Shown piece by piece: positions 56,478 to 64,000 of a stretch of 64,000 bases of DNA. Position 1 is the first letter of the stretch, and each line of letters begins with the position of its first letter. The position numbers and the translations under genes were made by a program. The notes below the pieces were generated by a model that saw nothing but the letters and a program-made list of their open reading frames with translations, did not search any database and was not told the origin of the DNA. The stretch is from the IMG/VR virus record IMGVR_UViG_3300047557_004430. The stretch is one strand, 5' to 3'. The stretch comes from a virus.

Positions 56478-59109
56478 AGATATAATAATAACCCCTGGTA
56501 GTGGTCAGATAGATTTTCAAGACACAGGTAATACCTCAACGTTACTCGTTGTCTCGAGTGGTACCTTGCAATGGAAAAGAGGTGCTACAACTTATCTAAC
56601 TTGGAATCCAGCAGCACCAACTTTCAGAGTTAGTGACGCTGACTTAAGACTTACTACTAAACTTGTAAATAATGCTTTAGACCCATTAATCAATTCTACA
56701 GGATGGCTCGGTAATCCTGAACCAACAGGTTCTCAAGGTGCCCAAGGTGCTAAAGGATTTACAGGTTTTTCAGGAGCCACAGGAGCCACAGGAACTCAAG
56801 GAGCCGTAGGACCAACGGGTGCTAGTGGAGCCACTGGTTCCCAAGGTGCGGTTGGTTCACAAGGAGCAGTTGGAGCTCAAGGCTCTGGTGGAGCTACAGG
56901 TTCTCAAGGTGCGCAAGGGGGTCAAGGAGCCCAAGGAGCAGTTGGGGCACAGGGTAATACTGGCTCACAAGGTGCTCAAGGAGGTCAAGGTGCCCAAGGT
57001 GCTCAAGGAACTCAAGGAGCACAAGGTGCTACAGGTTCCCAAGGAGGTCAGGGTTCTCAAGGTGCAGTCGGGGCTCAAGGAAATACAGGTTCACAAGGTT
57101 CACAAGGGGGACAAGGTGCTCAAGGAGCTCAAGGAGGACAAGGAGCCCAAGGAGCTACAGGTTCTCAAGGAGGTCAAGGAGCCCAAGGAGCAGTTGGAGC
57201 TCAAGGCAACACAGGTTCACAAGGTTCTCAAGGAGGACAAGGAGCACAGGGAGCCCAGGGTGGTCAAGGTGCTCAAGGTGCTACAGGCTCTCAAGGAGGT
57301 CAAGGAGCACAGGGGGCTGTTGGAGCACAGGGTAACACTGGCTCACAAGGTTCACAAGGAGGACAAGGTGCTCAAGGTGCACAGGGTGGACAGGGAGCAC
57401 AAGGTGCTGTAGGTTCACAAGGAGGACAGGGTGCACAAGGTGCTAAAGGTTCTCAGGGTGCAACAGGCAGCCAAGGTTCTCAAGGTGGTCAGGGTGCTCA
57501 AGGTGCACAGGGTGGACAGGGAGCACAAGGTGCTGTTGGTTCTCAAGGAGGACAAGGTGCTCAAGGTGCTGTTGGTTCACAAGGTGCAACAGGGAGCCAA
57601 GGTTCACAAGGTGGTCAGGGTGCTCAAGGTGCACAGGGTGGACAAGGGGCACAAGGTGCTGTTGGTTCACAAGGAGGACAAGGTGCTCAAGGTGCACAGG
57701 GTGGACAAGGAGCACAAGGTGCTGTAGGTTCACAAGGTGGTCAGGGTGCTCAAGGTGCACAGGGTGGACAAGGGGCACAAGGTGCTGTAGGTTCACAAGG
57801 GGGTCAAGGAGCCCAAGGTGCTCAAGGTTCTCAGGGGGGACAAGGTGCTCAAGGAGCTCAGGGGGGACAAGGTGCCCAAGGTGCTCAAGGTTCTCAGGGG
57901 GGACAAGGAGCCCAAGGTTCTCAAGGCGGACAAGGTGCTCAAGGAGCCCAAGGTTCACAAGGGGCTAAAGGTGCTCAAGGTTCTCAAGGGGGTCAAGGAG
58001 CCCAAGGTGCTCAAGGTTCACAAGGGGGTCAAGGTGCTCAAGGTTCACAAGGGGGTCAAGGAGCCCAAGGTGCTCAAGGTTCTCAAGGTGCGAAAGGGGG
58101 TCAAGGTGCTCAGGGAGGACAAGGTGCTCAGGGAGGACAAGGTTCACAAGGTGGTCAAGGAGCTCAAGGTTCAACAGGAGGTCAAGGAGCTCAGGGAGGA
58201 CAAGGTGCTCAAGGAGGTAAGGGAGCCACAGGTCCTACAGGAGGACAGGGTGCACAAGGTTCACAAGGTGGTCAAGGTGCTCAAGGGGCACAAGGACCAG
58301 GTGGTGGACAAGGTGCTCAAGGAGCCAAAGGAGGTCAAGGAGCACAAGGAGCCCAAGGACCAGGAGGAGGACAGGGTGCACAAGGTTCACAAGGTGGTCA
58401 AGGTGCTCAAGGGGCACAAGGACCAGGTGGTGGACAAGGTGCTCAGGGAGCCAAAGGAGGACAAGGTGCTCAGGGTTCACAAGGACCAGGTGGAGGACAA
58501 GGAGCCCAAGGTTCACAAGGTGGTCAAGGTGCCCAAGGAGCCCAAGGACCAGGTGGAGGACAAGGTGCTCAGGGAGCCAAAGGAGGACAAGGTGCTCAGG
58601 GTTCACAAGGACCGACAGGGTTCCAAGGGTTTAATGGTGCGACGGGTGCTCAAGGAGCACAAGGTCCAGGTGGTTCAGGAGGGGTACAAGGTGCTCAAGG
58701 TGCCACAGGTGGTGGTGGTCCAACAGGTGGTGGAGGAGGTGGTGGAGCACAAGGTGCTCAAGGAGCTCCTGGCCCAACAGGACCTTCAGGTCCATCGGAT
58801 ATAAGATTCAAAACTAATATTAGACCAATTACAGACGCAATTGAGAAAATATCCAAAATCAGGGGAGTTAACTTCAATTGGAATAATTCTAAGATGAATG
58901 ATGGGTTAGTTGATGTAGGTTTCATTGCACAAGAGCTCCAGTTAGCTTTTCCTGAATTAGTTGCAGGTAAAGAAGATGATGAGAATGTTTTGGTGGTTAG
59001 GTATGAATCTTTAATTGCAGTTTGTTTAGAAGCTATCAAACAACAAAGTGAAATCTTAGATTATAGTGAGAAAAAATTAGATGTATTGGAAAGAAGTTTA
59101 GGAATATAA
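56470..59109 (+). CDS. Collagen-like fibre 3 with peptidase S74 chaperone
   Basis: Uninterrupted G-X-Y 56728-58797; [23 protein letters not shown]. Confidence 0.9.
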   Translation: MAEDIIITPGSGQIDFQDTGNTSTLLVVSSGTLQWKRGATTYLTWNPAAPTFRVSDADLRLTTKLVNNALDPLINSTGWLGNPEPTGSQGAQGAKGFTGFSGATGATGTQGAVGPTGASGATGSQGAVGSQGAVGAQGSGGATGSQGAQGGQGAQGAVGAQGNTGSQGAQGGQGAQGAQGTQGAQGATGSQGGQGSQGAVGAQGNTGSQGSQGGQGAQGAQGGQGAQGATGSQGGQGAQGAVGAQGNTGSQGSQGGQGAQGAQGGQGAQGATGSQGGQGAQGAVGAQGNTGSQGSQGGQGAQGAQGGQGAQGAVGSQGGQGAQGAKGSQGATGSQGSQGGQGAQGAQGGQGAQGAVGSQGGQGAQGAVGSQGATGSQGSQGGQGAQGAQGGQGAQGAVGSQGGQGAQGAQGGQGAQGAVGSQGGQGAQGAQGGQGAQGAVGSQGGQGAQGAQGSQGGQGAQGAQGGQGAQGAQGSQGGQGAQGSQGGQGAQGAQGSQGAKGAQGSQGGQGAQGAQGSQGGQGAQGSQGGQGAQGAQGSQGAKGGQGAQGGQGAQGGQGSQGGQGAQGSTGGQGAQGGQGAQGGKGATGPTGGQGAQGSQGGQGAQGAQGPGGGQGAQGAKGGQGAQGAQGPGGGQGAQGSQGGQGAQGAQGPGGGQGAQGAKGGQGAQGSQGPGGGQGAQGSQGGQGAQGAQGPGGGQGAQGAKGGQGAQGSQGPTGFQGFNGATGAQGAQGPGGSGGVQGAQGATGGGGPTGGGGGGGAQGAQGAPGPTGPSGPSDIRFKTNIRPITDAIEKISKIRGVNFNWNNSKMNDGLVDVGFIAQELQLAFPELVAGKEDDENVLVVRYESLIAVCLEAIKQQSEILDYSEKKLDVLERSLGI

Positions 59110-59111
59110 AC

Positions 59112-59957
59112 TTACTTTTTATTAATAATATCTTTTATTTCGAAAGTTGTTTCGTACAACATACTCAGAAATTTCTTCCAAATTTCAGGATTGAATTTCT
59201 TAATCATCTGAACGTAATATAGATAGTAAGGTTCTTCTTCACCTCTATTCATAAAGTCTGCTAAATGGGGCATATCTGCCGTCCAATTTTTGAGGGCTTT
59301 CGGAGTTTCTTCACTTACGTGTTCATCATTTACTCTGAAAAGAATATCTTTACTTAATGGACTCAAAGGTTCTCCTTTTGCGAAATATTCCAAAATATTC
59401 TTCAAGGAATTATTTAGCATTTCCAAATTTTCGGCTTTTCTTGTTCTTTTAACTCTTCTAGTAAATTCTTTCACTAATCCCTCTAAAAATTCATTGGATA
59501 TTGCAAAGAACTCTACAGGATGACCCCAATAATCTTTATCGGATTTTTCGTCATAAGTCATCATGTACCTCGGAGACCAATGAACACTTTGAGTTGGGTC
59601 AGCGGCGTGTAGCATTTCATGGTAGATTGTGAGATACAAATTCTTTTTTGATTCGTAGTATTTAGGATTAACTTCAATAACCATATCTGCTGGGTCCAAG
59701 GATTTTGATGGTCTTAAATCCATAAAACCTATATATGAAAGTCTTGGATTAACGTAAACTCTGACCAAACCATCAACCCCGTTTGCGGTTTTCATTGGAA
59801 TGACTCCCATTAACTCTTTTCTTCTTTGGAGGTCTTTTTTTCTTTCACTCCAAAGCTTGTCCACCATTTTATTCATTCTATCTAATGTTTCAGGAGCAAA
59901 CTTATATCGTTTTGCTTCTGTGATAACACTTGATAATATGTTTACGAATTTAATCAT
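59112..59957 (-). CDS. Putative zincin metalloprotease-like protein
   Basis: IYHEMLHAAD, YWGHPVEFFA. Confidence 0.55.
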   Translation of the reverse strand: MIKFVNILSSVITEAKRYKFAPETLDRMNKMVDKLWSERKKDLQRRKELMGVIPMKTANGVDGLVRVYVNPRLSYIGFMDLRPSKSLDPADMVIEVNPKYYESKKNLYLTIYHEMLHAADPTQSVHWSPRYMMTYDEKSDKDYWGHPVEFFAISNEFLEGLVKEFTRRVKRTRKAENLEMLNNSLKNILEYFAKGEPLSPLSKDILFRVNDEHVSEETPKALKNWTADMPHLADFMNRGEEEPYYLYYVQMIKKFNPEIWKKFLSMLYETTFEIKDIINKK

Positions 59958-60735
59958 TACTTAAGTCAGTAGACCAATCTATATTTATTTTCTTAGGTTT
60001 TATTTTACCTGCATAGGAATCAAAAACTTCTTTAAACGGAATCTGAGCTTCTTTTATACCTTTGATTGCAGTCATCGGATACTCTACCCCTGTAGATAAA
60101 TAGGCTTGAATCTCATCATTTACAACATTTTCACCATAACCCATACCACTTATTTTTTTCGACAAGTTTTCTCTAATGTTGGGGTTAAGTCTTTCTATGT
60201 TTTTGAGTTGTTTGTTTTTATAAATTGGGGAGGAATAGAATAAACCGTGAGCGACTTCGTGGAAGATTAAAGAGGGGTCTTCACCATTACTTTGGTCAAT
60301 TCCGATTAGATAGAAATTATCATTACCAACTATGTTTCTGATAGTATCAATAACACTGAACATTATTAGGTCATAAAAATTCAAATCAGGTATCAACTTC
60401 ATACATGATTCTATTGAATCACATGGAATGTTGTACCCAGCCCAATCTTCATGATATGAGAAGTAATCTTTTTTTGTTTTATCTTTGTAATATTTCACAT
60501 AATCATACCACTTGAAACCCTTACCTCTGAAAGTTTCCGAATCTGACTCATAGAACTCTTGATATCTCATGAATACCCTTGCTCTTAACCTATCATCTTT
60601 GATAACCAAAGCAAAAATCTTTGGGTACATCTCAAATAATTCAATTTGAGAAAGAATATTATTGATATTCTTTGGTGGCTTTTTGGAAGGAGAAAACCCT
60701 CTTTGTTCCAATAATGTATATTTTATGTATGCCAT
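59950..60735 (-). CDS. Putative zincin metalloprotease-like protein
   Basis: IFHEVAHGLF, NDEIQAYL. Confidence 0.55.
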   Translation of the reverse strand: MAYIKYTLLEQRGFSPSKKPPKNINNILSQIELFEMYPKIFALVIKDDRLRARVFMRYQEFYESDSETFRGKGFKWYDYVKYYKDKTKKDYFSYHEDWAGYNIPCDSIESCMKLIPDLNFYDLIMFSVIDTIRNIVGNDNFYLIGIDQSNGEDPSLIFHEVAHGLFYSSPIYKNKQLKNIERLNPNIRENLSKKISGMGYGENVVNDEIQAYLSTGVEYPMTAIKGIKEAQIPFKEVFDSYAGKIKPKKINIDWSTDLSND

Positions 60736-61736
60736 TAGAAGTGGTCTCCGAAATATTCGTTTATGTTTTTATCAACTAATCTGTGGTCAGGATAGTCAGG
60801 TGCTTGTGCACTTAGACAATCTTTGTCGGCTTCAAGTATACCAAGAAAACTACCATGATATTCTAATGTTCCTGAATTACCGTAACCTTTGTTGTTATCC
60901 AGGTAATCAACAACAAGTCCCTCGAAGTCTCGGATTGGTAATCTATATTTTTCTACCTTCACATCTTTTTTGTAGGGGTGTTGGGTGTAAACCCACTCAC
61001 CATTTTTAGTATCGAAATAATCATCAAGTTCATGGAATATGTTATCATAAACTTCATGTTCATATGCTGAATTGTATGCACTTGAATGAACTGAATATAA
61101 GTCACTTTTTATATCACTCAGTTCATCCTTTAACAAGGATTTGATTGACTCATCATTATCGATAATTCTTGCTACATTTTCAGGAGTTATTACCCAAAAA
61201 TCTTCATGACCTTGCTCAGTAGCAATCAATTCCATTTCTTCTGTTTCAGGTGAGAGTTGCTTACCCTCTAATTCTTTAAGAACTCTTTGTTTGAAAAGTT
61301 CCAAATTTTGAGGTGTTAACTCTTCAATTACGTCTCTAACAACATCATCAGTTGTGTCCCAATATGGTTCAAAAACATCATCACCTTTAAGAATACTTTC
61401 AATAGTGTCTCTACTCAAATCATATCTTGCCCCATCACAAAAAAGTCTTGCTAAATCTTCTCTATCTCCCTCCCAATATACTTGGTCTTTGAAATCAATG
61501 TCGTTCATCAATTCCTCCATCCATTTGTAAAATTCTGATTTATCATTGTTATATAACCATAAGAGATAATAATTTTGCCATACATCTCCGTTACCAGCAT
61601 TGTGTGGGTCTATTTCACCCATCAAACCTTTTCTATTCAATATAGAAAAAAAAGTATCGTAGTCGTTGAAATACTTTTCGACATCCAAATCATCGTTATT
61701 GAACATCTCCACAAAATCTTCTAATGAATATTCCAT
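60735..61736 (-). CDS. Acidic hypothetical protein
   Basis: ATG 61736 just downstream of TATTTATA; D/E-rich. Confidence 0.65.
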   Translation of the reverse strand: MEYSLEDFVEMFNNDDLDVEKYFNDYDTFFSILNRKGLMGEIDPHNAGNGDVWQNYYLLWLYNNDKSEFYKWMEELMNDIDFKDQVYWEGDREDLARLFCDGARYDLSRDTIESILKGDDVFEPYWDTTDDVVRDVIEELTPQNLELFKQRVLKELEGKQLSPETEEMELIATEQGHEDFWVITPENVARIIDNDESIKSLLKDELSDIKSDLYSVHSSAYNSAYEHEVYDNIFHELDDYFDTKNGEWVYTQHPYKKDVKVEKYRLPIRDFEGLVVDYLDNNKGYGNSGTLEYHGSFLGILEADKDCLSAQAPDYPDHRLVDKNINEYFGDHF

Positions 61737-61739
61737 GTA

Positions 61740-61747
61740 TATAAATA
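61740..61747 (-). promoter_or_regulatory. Putative late promoter TATTTATA
   Basis: 3 nt upstream of ATG 61736. Confidence 0.55.
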
Positions 61748-61773
61748 CAAAAAAGGGGACAAATTTTGTCCCC
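61748..61773 (-). terminator. Rho-independent terminator for 61799..61990
   Basis: GGGGACAA/TTGTCCCC stem with T-run on the minus strand. Confidence 0.75.
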
Positions 61774-61798
61774 ATTTATATTTAGATTGTTCAAATAG

Positions 61799-61990
61799 TT
61801 ATTCTTTGACCCAGCCGTTGGTACCTTTAGCTTTCCCAACATTATAATACTTCTCAACAGTCTTCTTAATTGATTCTTTGAGAGTTGCATTTCTTTGAAT
61901 TGCCGATTGTTGAAGTGCTTCTTGTTGAGCCTGTTGTTGTTCAGGAGAAGGTTGTGCTTGATTACCTTTATTTTTACATCCGCATCCCAT
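61799..61990 (-). CDS. Small MGCGCK protein
   Basis: 63 aa; own late motif (62019-62026) and terminator. Confidence 0.75.
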   Translation of the reverse strand: MGCGCKNKGNQAQPSPEQQQAQQEALQQSAIQRNATLKESIKKTVEKYYNVGKAKGTNGWVKE

Positions 61991-62018
61991 AATGAGTGAT
62001 TTTTTTTTTGTTTATAGA

Positions 62019-62026
62019 TATAAATA
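62019..62026 (-). promoter_or_regulatory. Putative late promoter TATTTATA
   Basis: Upstream of ATG 61990. Confidence 0.55.
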
Positions 62027-62057
62027 TTACCTTAAACCAATTATAATTACCCAAAGA

Positions 62058-62064
62058 TATTTAT
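62058..62064 (+). promoter_or_regulatory. Putative late promoter TATTTAT
   Basis: Upstream of ATG 62078. Confidence 0.55.
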
Positions 62065-62077
62065 TAAATAAAAGTTG

Positions 62078-63835
62078 ATGAAATTTTTTCAAATATTAAA
62101 AGAAAGTAGGGTAGAGGACTTCAAACAGAAGTATGGTAGGAAATTTGATGCTCAACAGATACAACAAATAATAGACAATGTTCCACAGAAATTTTTGGAT
62201 TGGGTTGGTAAAAACCTTGATACAATAGGTTACCAATCTAACTTTCATTCTTTGGTTCGAACTCTTGGTGATTTCGAAAAAATTGGGTCTAATTTAGATA
62301 AAACCGATATCAACGATTATAAATCCCTCAAAGAATTGTTTGATGCAGTTCAAAACTATTCACAGAGACCTAAAAGAGATTATAAAAAGGTTGAGGGTGG
62401 TAATGTTGTATTTGATGATGGAAGATATTTTGTTGTAAACCCTGAAACACATCAGGCATCATGCCATTACGGTAAGGGTACAAAATGGTGTACAGTTGCT
62501 GATTCGGATTATCAGTTTCAGAATTACAATAAAGAAGGTAAACTTTTTTACATACTTGATAGAAATTTGGATTCAGCAGACCCGTTTTATAAGGTTGCTT
62601 TGTTGAAAAAATTTGATGGAAACAACTCCTTTTGGGATGCTGTTGACCAAAGTACTTCATTAGTTCCAGCTCAAATGGGAACAAAAAAATTTGAGGAAAT
62701 GATGTCTCAGATTGAAAATTACATGAACAGCCAATATTCCGAGCAAATTAAAATATTCAAAGATAAAGAGGCAGCAAAGAAAGAGAAAGAAAGACAAGAG
62801 GCACTGAGATTAGCAAGAATTTTGAATGATAGAAGGGAGGAAGCTAATGATAGAAGAATTGAAAACGAATGGGAGTTAGGTCCGAATTGTCCTGAAGAAG
62901 GTTTAAAAGCTCATGCTTTGTTGGAATGGTTATCCGATAATAACGATGTTGAAGTCAAAACTTCTCAGGATAGAATTGAGATTGATAGATTAAAAGTGGA
63001 GATAGAAAGATTACAAACTCAGTATGATGAAAGTGAGGATGTTGAAACAGATTTGTTGGATGAAATCAGTGACTTAGAAGACGAACTAGAAGAATTAGAA
63101 AATAAAATTGACGTTTATAATATAATACCTGTAGGTGGATATTATGAAATGGATGAATTTGAAGTGATTGATGCTGGGTTAGATGACCGTAGATATGCGG
63201 TGGGTGATGAAGATGAGGTACAAAGAAGTTGTTACGATAAAGTAGATGGTTTAATAGATGATATTGGTTATGAGGGTTTCAGTCGTGGTTTTGCTCAATC
63301 TTATATAGACGCTGATGCTGTTGCTAGTCACGCTGAGGACTATTGGTCTGATGACGTTTATAATAACCCTGAAGTTTATTTAGACGAGAGTGAAAGATTG
63401 ATTTCAGATGTTCAAGAAAGAGAAATTAGTGTTTTGGAATATAGAATTTCCAAAACTCAAAAAGAGATTGAAAATCTTGAGGAAATTAAAAACGATGATA
63501 ATGAAGAGGAAATTGATGAAAAGATTTCAGAACTTCAGGATATCATAACCGAAATGGAAGATGAAATTGAATCAATAAAAGACGACCCACAAGGAGATTT
63601 CCCTGATGACTTAGTGCAAGAAAAGATTGAAGAATTAGTTGATGATGCGAGAAGTGACCCCCAAGGTTTCCTAAATGAACACGGTTTTGATTGGTCAGAC
63701 TTTATAGATAAAGATGAATTTATTCAAGGTGTAATTGATGCTGATGGGTATGGGCACACACTCAATGGATATGACGGGAATGCAGATGAGATTAAAATAG
63801 AGGGAACATGGTATTACGTAATGAGAATTGATTAA
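62078..63835 (+). CDS. Protein with ASCHYG..TKWCT domain and acidic coiled-coil C-terminal region
   Basis: ASCHYGKGTKWCT is shared with 45051..46370; ATG 62078. Confidence 0.7.
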   Translation: MKFFQILKESRVEDFKQKYGRKFDAQQIQQIIDNVPQKFLDWVGKNLDTIGYQSNFHSLVRTLGDFEKIGSNLDKTDINDYKSLKELFDAVQNYSQRPKRDYKKVEGGNVVFDDGRYFVVNPETHQASCHYGKGTKWCTVADSDYQFQNYNKEGKLFYILDRNLDSADPFYKVALLKKFDGNNSFWDAVDQSTSLVPAQMGTKKFEEMMSQIENYMNSQYSEQIKIFKDKEAAKKEKERQEALRLARILNDRREEANDRRIENEWELGPNCPEEGLKAHALLEWLSDNNDVEVKTSQDRIEIDRLKVEIERLQTQYDESEDVETDLLDEISDLEDELEELENKIDVYNIIPVGGYYEMDEFEVIDAGLDDRRYAVGDEDEVQRSCYDKVDGLIDDIGYEGFSRGFAQSYIDADAVASHAEDYWSDDVYNNPEVYLDESERLISDVQEREISVLEYRISKTQKEIENLEEIKNDDNEEEIDEKISELQDIITEMEDEIESIKDDPQGDFPDDLVQEKIEELVDDARSDPQGFLNEHGFDWSDFIDKDEFIQGVIDADGYGHTLNGYDGNADEIKIEGTWYYVMRID

Positions 63836-63862
63836 AAAGAAAATAGTGTTATTCTTTTTCAA

Positions 63863-64000
63863 ATGGCTAGACAAAAAAAACAATCTTTCAAATTGGACCC
63901 TGAGTGGATGTTAAAGAAACCTGTGGATTTTGAATTCAATAAGTACACACTCTTGGATTATTTACAGAAATGTGAAAACAGGTTCAATAATTTGGAAATA
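63863..64000 (+). CDS. 3'-truncated hypothetical protein (MARQKKQSFKLDPEWMLKEPVDFEFNKYTLLDYLQ...)
   Basis: Manual translation, open to the window end. Confidence 0.6.
   Translation, partial: MARQKKQSFKLDPEWMLKKPVDFEFNKYTLLDYLQKCENRFNNLEI

Noticed and set aside
51116-58804. Many long overlapping ORFs (VLKVLRE.., LSTLGS.., HLEHL..) on both strands over the collagen genes
   Set aside because: Frame-shifted readings of GGT-GCT-CAA repeats, not dual coding.
1-64000. Diversity-generating retroelement acting on fibre tips
   Set aside because: No reverse transcriptase and no template/variable repeat pair differing at adenines seen in this window.
1-64000. Stop-codon reassignment as in some large Bacteroidota phages
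   Set aside because: Code-11 ORFs tile the window densely, conserved proteins are full-length, and TAA, TGA and TAG all act as stops.

Overview
Gene-dense, AT-rich segment of what is almost certainly a very large tailed (T4-like or jumbo) bacteriophage, most likely infecting a Bacteroidota host. Host evidence: TTTG-N20-TAnnTTTG promoters before non-structural genes, A-rich leaders without Shine-Dalgarno sites, a Bacteroidota-type sigma70, an Hc1-like protein and SprB-like repeats. Layout: (1) 1-23.9 kb, virion surface/fibre genes with Gly-Ser/Thr and mucin-like Thr-Pro repeats and shuffled Cys-rich modules, wrapped around a minus-strand glycosylation locus (FkbM methylase, a four-domain glycosyltransferase ending in an Aah/TibC-type protein O-glycosyltransferase, a GT9 and a SAM methylase). 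(2) 23.9-34.4 kb, replication/recombination genes (RuvC-like, primase, PD-(D/E)XK nuclease, SbcD/SbcC-like), a cytidylyltransferase and sigma70. (3) 34.4-40.5 kb, lysis-like membrane genes, an apparently inactive amidase and probable internal head proteins. (4) 40.5-50.8 kb, accessory genes (Hc1, DnaJ, Dam, LRR protein, DUF932, PcfJ-like, Trx/Grx, degenerate MetK-like). (5) 50.9-59.1 kb, three tandem, length-matched collagen-like fibres with S74 chaperones, one with an exact 22-residue interruption period. (6) 59.1-64 kb, late-promoter genes with T4-like capsid-targeting N-termini. The best candidate for an undescribed system is a phage-encoded protein O-glycosylation (glycan-shield) pathway acting on adjacent Ser/Thr-rich virion proteins. 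All family calls come from manual motif recognition; no database searches were run, so novelty is unverified. No tRNA, rRNA or CRISPR array was seen.
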